Notes under the pieces: generated by a model
The model's database searches: none
Seen by the model: the letters and a program-made list of their open reading frames with translations, nothing else
Told to the model about the DNA's origin: nothing
Origin: Clostridiales bacterium
GTDB taxonomy: Bacteria > Bacillota > Clostridia > Saccharofermentanales > Saccharofermentanaceae
Direction of reading: 5' to 3'
Assembly: GCA_017513085.1 (NCBI GenBank)
Contig: JAFWDK010000010.1
Location: forward strand, 128,001-192,000
Length of the DNA stretch: 64,000 bases
Shown here: piece by piece, positions 1 through 9,573 of the stretch
Numbering within the stretch: position 1 is the stretch's first letter
Layout of the letters: every line of letters starts with the position of its first letter
Program-made: the position numbers and the translations under genes

Positions 1-1242
1 GAACACTTTGAGTATGTATTGAAGTCTTCGTCGGGATTTGTCAATGATTATTCGAAGAAGAGACTGGAAGAATGCAAAGTTGCAATGTATCAGCCGATGA
101 TGGAAAAGGCGGATCATCTTCTTGCCACGTTTAAGTATTATTCTGCCGAAGAACTCCTCTCGGATCTTGCCAGAATATTCCCGGAGGACCAGGTCATTCA
201 GTCGAATCTGTATCTGGCGACGTCTAATACCAGTCATGTAGAAAAGTATACCGGGCCGGTCGAAGTGATCTGTGTGAAACCGTTGATCTCGGATGTTAAA
301 GTTGCTTTTGAGACGAATTATGTTGCGTCGACGGATTCGTATTATCTGACGACTAAAGAATTCCGCAAGATACTGGAGAGCCTTTATGCGAAGAATTACT
401 GTCTGATCGATCCTTGCTCGATGGTTGATCTGAGTAATTCGTCATTCCTGAATGTCAAGGATATCATGCTCCCGGAGGGAAAGAAACCATTGGTCGTGAT
501 CCTTGAGGATTTCTCCTATACAGCATCGAGAAGCAAGATCGGCATGTGCCAGAGACTGGTGCTGAACGATATGGGTCAGGTCTGCGGAGAGTATGTCAGT
601 GCTTCGGGGCAGACTGTGGTAAGCCGAAATAGTGAAGCGGTAGGAATATTGGATGCTTTTATCGAAGAGCATCCGGACTTTTCCTATAATGGTGTAAAAG
701 GCGTGATCTCGCTGACCGGTTACCAGTCTGTATTTGGATATGTCACGGATGAAGACCAGGTGGATGACCGCAACAGTGCTTTGAAAACGGCAGGATTAAT
801 GGAAATATCCCCTTCGGAGAAAGAAATTGAAGATAATCGTGCAATGGTTCTGGCTATCATCGAACAGTTGAAAGACGTCGGTTGGATCATGGGTTCTTCG
901 ACATACGGTTTTATTAATGCCAACCATTGTGAAATCGGAACGATTACGAACGATACGCAGAAATGGCTGGATCAGGTCGGTCAGTTAACGGGACAGGTGG
1001 ATATTCTGGTTTATCCGAACGGTGATTTTATCCGTGGTTCGGATCCGAGATGCAAATATCTGAAAGAACAGGGCTTCCGTCTTTTCTTTGGTGTAGGACC
1101 TTCGCCGTATTTTACTTATGGTGACAATTACATCTATTTTGACCGATGTATGTTAAATGGCGATACGCTTAGGAGTGTTGACTATTCCAGACTTTTTGAT
1201 GTGAACGAGGTTTACGATGAGAATAGAAAAAAATCACATTAA
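1..1242 (+). CDS. Polysaccharide deacetylase (NodB/CE4)-like protein, 5'-truncated by the window edge; catalytic motifs degenerate
   Basis: Frame is open from base 1. KKPLVVILEDFSY, GWIMGSSTYGF and ILVYPNG occupy the positions of CE4 motifs 1-3. Confidence 0.6.
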   Translation, partial: EHFEYVLKSSSGFVNDYSKKRLEECKVAMYQPMMEKADHLLATFKYYSAEELLSDLARIFPEDQVIQSNLYLATSNTSHVEKYTGPVEVICVKPLISDVKVAFETNYVASTDSYYLTTKEFRKILESLYAKNYCLIDPCSMVDLSNSSFLNVKDIMLPEGKKPLVVILEDFSYTASRSKIGMCQRLVLNDMGQVCGEYVSASGQTVVSRNSEAVGILDAFIEEHPDFSYNGVKGVISLTGYQSVFGYVTDEDQVDDRNSALKTAGLMEISPSEKEIEDNRAMVLAIIEQLKDVGWIMGSSTYGFINANHCEIGTITNDTQKWLDQVGQLTGQVDILVYPNGDFIRGSDPRCKYLKEQGFRLFFGVGPSPYFTYGDNYIYFDRCMLNGDTLRSVDYSRLFDVNEVYDENRKKSH

Positions 1243-2101
1243 AGTTATAGTTGCTTGTGCTTTGGTCGTGGTGATCATTTCGATGAGTCTGGTTGGCTGT
1301 ATTGATCTTGCGGGCCTTGGTCAGACAAAGCATACGTATATTCCGGTATCGACGGAAGAAGAGTTGTTTGATGTCGTGGAAAATGGTCTGTACCAGTTTG
1401 AGGATACGATGTATATCAAGACTAAATCCTACGAAGCCTTTAAAGTGATGTGGGAAAACCTCGATAAAGCAAATGTTCTGCATACTGTCTTCCGTGAGAA
1501 GTATTATCAGGTACGGTATAAGGCGGTCAAAGACGGCTGCGAAGTACAGTTGGCCATGACTTTAAATCCTTGTGGTTATGCTATGCGGTATCTTTATACT
1601 AAAGCAGACAAGGAATATAGAAATGATAAGGCTAAAGAGGTGGGCGAGAAGATCGAACAGATCAAGGCAGAGATCATCAAGGCAGGCATGTCTGATGAAG
1701 AGAAAGTGCGTGCCATCCATGATTACATCATAAGCCATTACGAATATGCTGTTAACGGGGATGTTAATGATTATGCCCAGACACAAGTGCTTTTTGATCA
1801 GGGAAAAGGGCAATGCCAAGCGTATTCTGAATTGTTTGTGGCACTTTGTCTTCTGAGTGGCGTAGAGGCCAGGATCGTATCCGGTGAATCGTCGTTCGGG
1901 TTCGGCGAAAAGGGCCATGCGTGGTGCCAGGTTAAGCTTGGGCATCTTTGGTATCATATCGATGTGACATGGGATGATCCGATCCCGGATGTTGCGGAAA
2001 TGGTTAGATATGATTACTATCTGAAGGGAGATCCGACAGTTGCCAGAACGCATCAGTGGTCCGAACTTTTCGAAAAATGCTACACGGATTATGGTACATA
2101 A
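1217..2101 (+). CDS. Transglutaminase-like (Cys-His-Asp) lipoprotein
   Basis: Signal peptide with lipobox LVGC; motifs IHDYI, GQCQAYS, GHAWCQV, WYHIDVTWDD. Confidence 0.8.
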   Translation: MRIEKNHIKVIVACALVVVIISMSLVGCIDLAGLGQTKHTYIPVSTEEELFDVVENGLYQFEDTMYIKTKSYEAFKVMWENLDKANVLHTVFREKYYQVRYKAVKDGCEVQLAMTLNPCGYAMRYLYTKADKEYRNDKAKEVGEKIEQIKAEIIKAGMSDEEKVRAIHDYIISHYEYAVNGDVNDYAQTQVLFDQGKGQCQAYSELFVALCLLSGVEARIVSGESSFGFGEKGHAWCQVKLGHLWYHIDVTWDDPIPDVAEMVRYDYYLKGDPTVARTHQWSELFEKCYTDYGT

Positions 2102-2144
2102 AGTTGAATTTGTATTACGAATTTGTATATTTTAAACTTTTTTC

Positions 2145-2173
2145 TAGACGAAAAAAGTCTAAAAAACTATAAT
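2145..2173 (+). promoter_or_regulatory. Putative sigma-A promoter
   Basis: TAGACG-17 nt-TATAAT upstream of the GGAGG RBS of the 2203 gene. Confidence 0.55.
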
Positions 2174-2202
2174 ATAGTTAGGTTTACTATGGGAGGTTCC
2201 AT

Positions 2203-2628
2203 ATGGCTAAGATTGATAAACTGAGTGACTTCATAGTAGAAGAGAAGATCATCTGGTCTGATAAGAAAAGGATTCTTGGCATGCCGATTTCGTTTACCAA
2301 GTATTCTTTCAGCGAAAATCGCCTTTTCGTCCAGCGTGGATTTTTTAAGGTAGTTAAGGATGAACTCCTAATGTACCGTATTCTTGATGTCAGATTGCAG
2401 AGAACTTTCTGGCAGAGACTGTTCCGGGTAGGAACGATTGAATTATCTACGGCTGATAAGTCAACTCCGATCATTTATCTTGAGAATATTTCCAATCCGG
2501 ATCGTACTCGTGATGCTTTGAGTGCGATAGCGGAGAAAGAGCGCGATGAGAAGCGTGTTCTGGGTAAAGAAATGTTTGGTACGGCAAATGACGGCGCGAT
2601 TGCACATGATGCCGGTGTGATGGAATGA
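2203..2628 (+). CDS. Bacterial PH-domain (bPH_2) protein
   Basis: FTKYSFSENRLFVQRGFF...ELLMYRILDVRLQRTFWQRLFRVGTI pattern typical of bPH_2; GGAGG RBS. Confidence 0.75.
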   Translation: MAKIDKLSDFIVEEKIIWSDKKRILGMPISFTKYSFSENRLFVQRGFFKVVKDELLMYRILDVRLQRTFWQRLFRVGTIELSTADKSTPIIYLENISNPDRTRDALSAIAEKERDEKRVLGKEMFGTANDGAIAHDAGVME

Positions 2629-2668
2629 TACTGTGATGGTGACCAACGACAGATAAAGGGGATGTGTA

Positions 2669-3637
2669 GTGGAAACTAGACTGGATCGATACGAAGGCGC
2701 ACGTGAGAAGAAACTTGAACAGCTTAAGCAGTTGATCAAGGAATCAAATTATGTCGTTTTTCTTGGTGGCGCCGGTGTTTCTACAGAAAGCGGTATACCT
2801 GATTTCCGTAGCGGCGAAGGCATTTTTAATCAGGAAAGCGGACTGTCTTATCGCCCTGTCGATATTATCAGTCATTCGTTTTTTGAAGCGCATCCGGAAG
2901 AATTTTATGATTTCTACCGAAGAAAACTCTGCTATCCGAAGGCGCGTCCGAATAAGGCGCATCGTGCTTTGGTGCGCCTGGAAAAGCAAGGAAAACTGAA
3001 GGCGACGATTACACAGAATATCGATAATCTCCATCAGATGGCCGGAAGTCAGACTACGATCGAGCTTCATGGTTCTGTTTTCAGAAATTATTGTATCGAT
3101 TGTAAAGAAAAATATGATCTCAACTTTATCTTGAAATCTAAAGGTGTACCGAGATGTACGAAGTGCGGCGGCATTGTTCGTCCGGATGTTGTCCTTTATG
3201 AGGAACATCTCGAACATGAGAATATTGATAATGCGGTAAAAGCAATCAAGAAGGCTGACCTTCTGATCATCGGAGGAACGTCTTTGACAGTTTATCCGGC
3301 AGCTACATTTGCGCAGTTTCTGAAGAGCGATCGTGTTGTGATCATTAATAAGAGTTCCACGTATCTTGATCTTCAGGCTATGCTGACGATTCACGATAGT
3401 ATCGGTGATGTCCTGGATACTGTCATTTCAAAATATATTCCGAGAAAGAAACCACAGACCAAGCCGGCATCAAAGACTAAGGCTAAATCAACTGCGTCTT
3501 CTTCCGGATCCAAGGTTTCGTCTTCGGCAAAACCGAAAAAAACGGCATCGGCAAAAGCTGCTGATGGTTCGTCGGCAAAGGCAAAGACGTCTAAAACCAA
3601 GGCTGCTTCGAAACCTAAAAAGAAAGAAAAAGAATAA
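2669..3637 (+). CDS. cobB: NAD-dependent protein deacylase (sirtuin) with a Lys/Ser/Ala-rich C-terminal tail
   Basis: GAGVSTESGIPDFR, TQNIDNLH, ELHGS, two CxxC Zn motifs, RPDVVLY, GTSLTVYPA; GTG start. Confidence 0.9.
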   Translation: METRLDRYEGAREKKLEQLKQLIKESNYVVFLGGAGVSTESGIPDFRSGEGIFNQESGLSYRPVDIISHSFFEAHPEEFYDFYRRKLCYPKARPNKAHRALVRLEKQGKLKATITQNIDNLHQMAGSQTTIELHGSVFRNYCIDCKEKYDLNFILKSKGVPRCTKCGGIVRPDVVLYEEHLEHENIDNAVKAIKKADLLIIGGTSLTVYPAATFAQFLKSDRVVIINKSSTYLDLQAMLTIHDSIGDVLDTVISKYIPRKKPQTKPASKTKAKSTASSSGSKVSSSAKPKKTASAKAADGSSAKAKTSKTKAASKPKKKEKE

Positions 3638-3641
3638 GGAT

Positions 3642-5486
3642 ATGAGTGAAAAAATTCAAAATCGGGATGCTGAATTTGAAAGAAGAAGCAAAATTCTCGA
3701 TGATTTGTATAAGGATGTGGAGACCACCGCAGATAAGCTTGCAAATCTGCGGGGCTTTTTGTTTATAGCAGTTGTCGTTTTTCTTGTGCTTTTCTTCACG
3801 AAAGAAAGAATGATCTGGAATCTGATCATAGCTTTCGGCTTTTTTGTACTGTTTGTTGTAGTTGCTGCCCGTCATGCCCGATTCAAGAATAAACTTAAGC
3901 GATACAAAGTTCTGAAAGAAATCCATAGTCAATATATAGCAAGAACACAACATGATTTCGGTAAACTGACGGATACCGGGGCAGATCTTCAGGTCGAAAA
4001 ACACCCGTTTTCATCTGACCTGGATCTTTTTGGCGAACGGTCGCTATTCTCTTTGATGTCGGTGGCGCATACTTCCTTCGGCAGATCAACACTCCGCGAT
4101 TGGCTTTTTACAGCAGCTTCGGATGATCCGGACCGTGAACAGATCGTTCTTCGACAAGAAGCAGCTTCTGAGTTTGCTGAGCATCTCGATATGCTTCAGG
4201 ATCTGGAAGCCGATACCAAGATGAATGTTTCCAAACAAGGCTCTCCGCAGGCCCTTCTGGCATATATCGCATCAGATATTTCACAGTTGGATAAGAAAAT
4301 GGTCGTACTTCGCACTGTATGTACTATCCTACTGTGGGTTACTTTTGTGGCGGCTTTGATCATTGGAAAGTGGGCGTTTTTTGCGCCGGCCTTTTTCTTT
4401 GTTGTGCAGCTTATGCTGATGATGCTGTCTTACGGCAAAAACAGTACGATATTTACTCTTGTGGAGAAATTCTTTCCGGAACTTCGCGCGTACTCGAACA
4501 TTTTCACTTCTATTGAGAAGGCAGAAGTGAAGTCGGCTTTTCTGGTAAAACTGAAAGAGCAATTGTATTCCGAAAAGGTAAAAGAAGAGGGAGAGAAAGC
4601 ATCGTCTGCATCGAATCAATTGCAGTCTTTGTATCGGTGCTGTCTTCTGATTCAGGCACGTATGCAGCCTTTGCTGTACTTTGTTCTGAATATGGTTTTT
4701 CCTTTTGATGAACTTTGTATCCATCTTCTTGAAAAATGGAAACATACTTCAGGTAAAGAGATACCGGGTAAATTGAAGGCCATTGGAGAATGGGAAGCTG
4801 CAATGAGTCTGGCAGTAATGCGTTTTATCTATCCGGATGGATGTGTGCCGAAGATCCTGACATCCTCTTTGCCTGTGTTTGAAGCAAAAGAAATGGGACA
4901 TCCGTTGATTCCGGAAAAGAAAGTTGTACGTAATGATTTTTCACTGACAAAAGGATGTGCCATCATTACAGGTTCCAATATGTCTGGAAAAACGACTTTG
5001 CTGCGTACAGTTGGCATCAATATGGTGTTAGCATATGCCGGCGCTGTTTGCCCGACCAGTGAATTGTCTCTTTCGGTCATGAACCTTGGTGCTTCCATGA
5101 GGATCGAAGATAATCTTGGAGAAGGAGTGTCGACTTTCTATGCTGAGCTGATTAAGATCGAGAGGATCATCCGCCTTGCTTCCGGCGATCGTCCGTTATT
5201 GTACCTGATCGATGAGATCTTCCGGGGGACTAATTCAAAGGACCGTACGGATGGGGCTTGGATCGTTCTGAAGAAACTCAACAAACCTTCTATCATCGGA
5301 CTTATGTCGACACACGACTACGAACTTTGTAAGATGAATAGCAACAATGAAGTGAATCTGGTGTATTACCACTTTTCTGAATATTACGATGATGAAGGCT
5401 TGCATTTTGACTATAAACTGAAAGATGGTATGTCCACTCAGACAAACGCAAAATACCTTATGAAACTGGTTGGTATTGACGATTAG
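3642..5486 (+). CDS. Membrane-anchored MutS-related ATPase (MutS domain V)
   Basis: N-terminal and central TM segments; ITGSNMSGKTT, STFYAEL, LIDEIFRGTN, STHD. Start reassigned to the ATG at 3642 after TAAGGA. Confidence 0.85.
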   Translation: MSEKIQNRDAEFERRSKILDDLYKDVETTADKLANLRGFLFIAVVVFLVLFFTKERMIWNLIIAFGFFVLFVVVAARHARFKNKLKRYKVLKEIHSQYIARTQHDFGKLTDTGADLQVEKHPFSSDLDLFGERSLFSLMSVAHTSFGRSTLRDWLFTAASDDPDREQIVLRQEAASEFAEHLDMLQDLEADTKMNVSKQGSPQALLAYIASDISQLDKKMVVLRTVCTILLWVTFVAALIIGKWAFFAPAFFFVVQLMLMMLSYGKNSTIFTLVEKFFPELRAYSNIFTSIEKAEVKSAFLVKLKEQLYSEKVKEEGEKASSASNQLQSLYRCCLLIQARMQPLLYFVLNMVFPFDELCIHLLEKWKHTSGKEIPGKLKAIGEWEAAMSLAVMRFIYPDGCVPKILTSSLPVFEAKEMGHPLIPEKKVVRNDFSLTKGCAIITGSNMSGKTTLLRTVGINMVLAYAGAVCPTSELSLSVMNLGASMRIEDNLGEGVSTFYAELIKIERIIRLASGDRPLLYLIDEIFRGTNSKDRTDGAWIVLKKLNKPSIIGLMSTHDYELCKMNSNNEVNLVYYHFSEYYDDEGLHFDYKLKDGMSTQTNAKYLMKLVGIDD

Positions 5487-5560
5487 TGTATATTAATGGT
5501 ATCTTGTTAAAATGCAAGATGATGATAGAATAGTTGCAAAAAGAAGAGAGGAAGTTCACC

Positions 5561-6808
5561 ATGATTTCTTATACTGAACAGATGAATTATTTTGGAAATA
5601 CCGATCCTGAGGCTCTGGCCAAGAAGTATGGCACGCCTTTGTATGTATATAACGAAAATATTCTTAGAAGACAGATGAAGCGTGTGGCGGGCATCCTCCC
5701 CAATCATCGGTTCACATCGAATTTTTCTATCAAGACAAATTCTAATCTGACTATCTTGAAGATGGCTTTTGAGGAAGGCTTGAATGCTGATGCGATGAGT
5801 CCGGGTGAGATCTTCGTTCTCAAGAAGGCCGGATTCCCGAGCGAACGTATCTTTTATGTCCCGAACAACGTTTCTGAGGAAGAGATGCAGTATGCCATTG
5901 ATGAGGGTGTTATGACCAGCCTTGACAGTCTGTCACAGTTGGAAATGTATGGTAGACTTTGCCCGGGTGGCCGTGTTTCTGTAAGATTGAATCCCGGAGT
6001 TGGTGCCGGTCACCATGAGAAGGTCGTTACGGCAGGAAAGAAGACCAAGTTCGGTGTTGCTGCCCAGGATATCGCATTGATCAAGGACGTGGCCAAGAAG
6101 TACGATCTCCATATTGTCGGCTTGAACCAGCATATCGGATCTCTGTTCATGGATTATAAGAATTATCTGGATGCTGTACACAATTTCCTTCACTATGCTG
6201 AAGATTTTGATGAACTCGAATTCCTTGATTTTGGCGGTGGATATGGTACACCGTATCACAAGCTTGAAGGTGAAGCCGAATTTGATATCGAAGCTTTCAA
6301 GGTCGAATTGGACGCATTGCTTCGCGATTGGAAAGAAAAGAGCGGGAAAGATGTGCTTTTCAAGATGGAGCCTGGCCGTTACATCGTTGCTGAAGGCGGC
6401 GTTCTTCTCGGCCGCGTGCATGCCGTAAAGGAGAATTATGGACATAAGTACGTCGGAACTGATGTCGGAATGAATGTGTTGATTCGTCCGGCGCTTTATG
6501 ATTCCTGGCATGATGTTGAGATCTATCGTGACGGAAAGCCTGTTCTTGACGGACAGACCGGTGAATACACGATCGTTGGAAATATCTGTGAAAGTGGAGA
6601 TATCGTTGCTAAAGACAGAGAAATCGTAACTCCGAAAGAGAAGGATATTGTAGTGGTTCTGGATACCGGAGCTTATGGATTTTCAATGAGTTCCAACTAC
6701 AACAACCGGTTGCGCCCGGCAGAAGTCCTTATCACTTCGGATGGCAAAGATGTTCTGATCCGCAGTCGGGAAACGTTTGAAGACCTGATCCGCCACTTTG
6801 ATATTTGA
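5561..6808 (+). CDS. lysA: Diaminopimelate decarboxylase
   Basis: YGTPLYVY, FSIKTN (PLP Lys), HIGS, DFGGG, EPGRY, GNICESGD, GAYG, SNYN. Confidence 0.93.
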   Translation: MISYTEQMNYFGNTDPEALAKKYGTPLYVYNENILRRQMKRVAGILPNHRFTSNFSIKTNSNLTILKMAFEEGLNADAMSPGEIFVLKKAGFPSERIFYVPNNVSEEEMQYAIDEGVMTSLDSLSQLEMYGRLCPGGRVSVRLNPGVGAGHHEKVVTAGKKTKFGVAAQDIALIKDVAKKYDLHIVGLNQHIGSLFMDYKNYLDAVHNFLHYAEDFDELEFLDFGGGYGTPYHKLEGEAEFDIEAFKVELDALLRDWKEKSGKDVLFKMEPGRYIVAEGGVLLGRVHAVKENYGHKYVGTDVGMNVLIRPALYDSWHDVEIYRDGKPVLDGQTGEYTIVGNICESGDIVAKDREIVTPKEKDIVVVLDTGAYGFSMSSNYNNRLRPAEVLITSDGKDVLIRSRETFEDLIRHFDI

Positions 6809-6919
6809 ATAAATTGACTAGAAATGCCTTAAAATATCAAGAGAATTTAGTATAAATGTCTTGTAACCGACCGCCCCTTGAATTATAATTTTAGCAGGCA
6901 TAATTTCGTGGGGGTGCAT

Positions 6920-8821
6920 ATGGCGAATTTTGCGGAGGTCTTGCAAGGTTTTAGTTCTCTTGTTATTGACTATTCTGCTTTACTTGAACTAGTAGACCCG
7001 GTGATTCAGAATTCACTGGTTACAACAATCATAAATCAGAATAAAACGGTTTATATCAGTAAGTCTTTTAAGGCTTTCCATGAATGTGTCGTTCGTGCCC
7101 ATAACCCCAATGACGACGGAATTCTTGAGGTGACGAAGGAGTCTTTACGCCGCCTCGTGGATGCGAAGATCCTGCGTGCCAGCAAGAGTGGTTCGACTGT
7201 AGATTTTTTTCTTGAACACCTGAAAAATGATGATGAATGCTTGCTTATCGGTCGTAACAGTACGGCCTTTATGCGCCTTCGAAATATCAATGCCAATGGT
7301 CTTTGTTCAGTTTTTGTCGTAGATAACGGAAACATCCGCTTTTATCCGGATGTGAATGCCTGCATGGAGAAGGAAGTTGCCTACTCTGTAAACCCGATTG
7401 CCGGAAATGTTGACTATATCGCTGTGGATATATATTTCAGTGTCGGTGACGTGGTTTATACAGACGAAAATGATGCGATCAAGCTTTCGTCGCTGATCAG
7501 TACCGGCGCCGAGGGTCTTGTTTTCAATACGAATCTTGATGGCTGGGTAGCTAAAGTCTATCATCGTGGCGGCATTACTCCGTTGCGCTGGTATAAACTT
7601 ATGAAAATGCGTGAACTCGGACTTGAAGCGGAAAATATCTGCTGGCCGTTCCGCCTGTTGTTTTCTAAAGATAAGGTGCCGGTCGGTTATCTGATGAGAA
7701 AAGCGTCAGGAGTAACCATAAGCCGTGCTTTTGACGGACCGGACGCCATGAATACATATTTCCCGTCATGGATGAGACTTCATGTGGTTGATTCTGCGCT
7801 GTCCTTTCTCCATATCATGGACTATCTTCACTTGCATGGCGTTCTTGTAGGAGATATTCAGCTTAAGAATGCCATGATCGATGATGAGGATCATGTCTAT
7901 CTTATTGATATTGATAGTGTTCAGTATCAGGATCTCCCTTGCCCGGTAGGTACGGAAGAGTTTACCCGTCCGGAGCTTTGGAATAAATCGTTTGTTTCTT
8001 TTCTGAGAAGACCTCAGGATGAGGATTATTCTATAGCGATTCTTGTTTTCTCGATGCTTTTCTGCGGCCAGCATCCATATGCTCAGCGCAACGGCCTGGA
8101 GACGCTTCGTGATGAAATGGAAGCAAGATCTTTTCCCTATACTGTCGATGATTCACAGAATGAACGTATACCGATCGGTGGATACGATAAGATCTGGGAT
8201 GCGTTGACACCTACTTTAAAGGATATGTTTGTCCGTGCATTTGCCAGGGGCGAGCTTTTTGATTCCGTAGAATGGACGATTGCGCTTACTGAATACCGTG
8301 AGAAGTTGAGTAAGCATGAGATCGAAGATGAGGAGTACTACAATGTATTCCCGTATTTTGAGGAAGAACAGGACGAGGATGTTCCGAAGAAAAAGCATAT
8401 TGGAAAGGTCAGTGTCAGAGAGGCAGTCATGAATTCCAACTGGAATTCTGCCGATACTGCAGATCTGTATGCAAAACAGGTTGACGGGAAGGAGCGTGCG
8501 CAAGAGACCTCCAGACCGCGTGTTCAGAATACTCCTAAGATGGGTGGAAATACCGGCGGTTATGTTCCTCCGAAAAAGCCCGAGCCTCGCCCTCAGTATG
8601 AGAAGCAGAGTTCCGAGCAATCTCCTTTTGCTTCGAAACCTTCTGCAGATAAGAGTTATAATAATAGTAGCCGGATCATTTCATCACCGGCTCCAGCGCA
8701 GCAGACACATTTGCCGATGAATGACAAGCCTGACGGATTTTCCAAGATTAAGCTCGCGGCTGTCCTGTTGATTCTTCTGGGACTTGGTCTGGTTGCTTTG
8801 ATTTACTATTTGTTGAGATGA
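6920..8821 (+). CDS. YegI-like Ser/Thr kinase with an N-terminal PIN-like domain and a C-terminal TM anchor
   Basis: TGAEGLVF glycine loop, VAKVY, NICWP, HGVLVGDIQLKN, LIDIDS, GTEEFTRPE; terminal hydrophobic helix LAAVLLILLGLGLVALIYYLLR. Confidence 0.8.
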   Translation: MANFAEVLQGFSSLVIDYSALLELVDPVIQNSLVTTIINQNKTVYISKSFKAFHECVVRAHNPNDDGILEVTKESLRRLVDAKILRASKSGSTVDFFLEHLKNDDECLLIGRNSTAFMRLRNINANGLCSVFVVDNGNIRFYPDVNACMEKEVAYSVNPIAGNVDYIAVDIYFSVGDVVYTDENDAIKLSSLISTGAEGLVFNTNLDGWVAKVYHRGGITPLRWYKLMKMRELGLEAENICWPFRLLFSKDKVPVGYLMRKASGVTISRAFDGPDAMNTYFPSWMRLHVVDSALSFLHIMDYLHLHGVLVGDIQLKNAMIDDEDHVYLIDIDSVQYQDLPCPVGTEEFTRPELWNKSFVSFLRRPQDEDYSIAILVFSMLFCGQHPYAQRNGLETLRDEMEARSFPYTVDDSQNERIPIGGYDKIWDALTPTLKDMFVRAFARGELFDSVEWTIALTEYREKLSKHEIEDEEYYNVFPYFEEEQDEDVPKKKHIGKVSVREAVMNSNWNSADTADLYAKQVDGKERAQETSRPRVQNTPKMGGNTGGYVPPKKPEPRPQYEKQSSEQSPFASKPSADKSYNNSSRIISSPAPAQQTHLPMNDKPDGFSKIKLAAVLLILLGLGLVALIYYLLR

Positions 8822-8831
8822 GGAGGAATAT

Positions 8832-9572
8832 ATGAGTAGCGATATTGGTGGTTTTTCAAAATCAGATTTTGGCAGCAGCACTAGACGCCGTCTGCCGATT
8901 TGCTTTTGTTTGGACATCAGCGGTTCTATGGCGGGGTATCCGATCGAGCAGCTGAATGATGGTCTGCAGAGTTTCTTTTCTTCTATTCGTGAGAATGAGG
9001 AGACACGTTCTTCCGCAGATATTGCAATCATTACTTTTGGCGGTTCCGTAGATATCTTCCTTCCTTTCGGAAAAACCAGTAAAGACCAGAGCATCCCAAG
9101 ATTGCAGGCAACGACAAGTTTGACGCCGATCGGTGAGGGTATCCTGACCGCTCTTGAACTTCTCGATGCCCGTAAGATCGGCTATAAGCAGATGGGTATC
9201 AAATATTATCAGCCATGGCTGGTCGTTATCACAGATGGTGCTCCGCAAGGCACCAATGCTGTAGAAAATATGGAGAAAGCTATAGCTGCGGTTCGTGAAC
9301 TCGAAGATAATGAGAAACTGGTCGTATTTAATATTGGTGTAGGTAACAGCGCGGATTTCCCGATGTTGCAGAGACTGTCCGGAAAGAGAGATAAGCCTAT
9401 CTCGATCAGCACGGCTCAGTTTGGTAAGTTGTTCGCGTTCCTCGGTTCCAGTAGTTCTTCTGTTGTTTCCAACAGTATGGGAAGTGACGCTCTCTATAAT
9501 CTGAATCAGGAGCCGGAAGGCACTTCCATTGCGATGGAAGACTTCTTCCGCACGATAGAGGAGAGTCAGTAA
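8832..9572 (+). CDS. terY: TerY/YegL-type vWA domain protein
   Basis: RRLPICFCLDISGSM (MIDAS DxSxS), IITFG, TPIGE, YYQPWLVVITDGAP. Confidence 0.85.
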   Translation: MSSDIGGFSKSDFGSSTRRRLPICFCLDISGSMAGYPIEQLNDGLQSFFSSIRENEETRSSADIAIITFGGSVDIFLPFGKTSKDQSIPRLQATTSLTPIGEGILTALELLDARKIGYKQMGIKYYQPWLVVITDGAPQGTNAVENMEKAIAAVRELEDNEKLVVFNIGVGNSADFPMLQRLSGKRDKPISISTAQFGKLFAFLGSSSSSVVSNSMGSDALYNLNQEPEGTSIAMEDFFRTIEESQ

Positions 9573-9573
9573 C

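Noticed and set aside
2669-3637. Sirtuin as a defence NADase (Thoeris/DSR-type)
   Set aside because: It has the Zn-binding CxxC pairs and full deacylase motifs of housekeeping sirtuins, and no defence partner genes are adjacent.
3405-3641. Arg-rich N-terminal extension of the MutS-like ORF in the track
   Set aside because: It is the alternative frame of the sirtuin tail; the RBS-supported start is 3642.
5487-5560. Lysine riboswitch before lysA
   Set aside because: The 74-nt gap is too short and lacks recognisable riboswitch structure.
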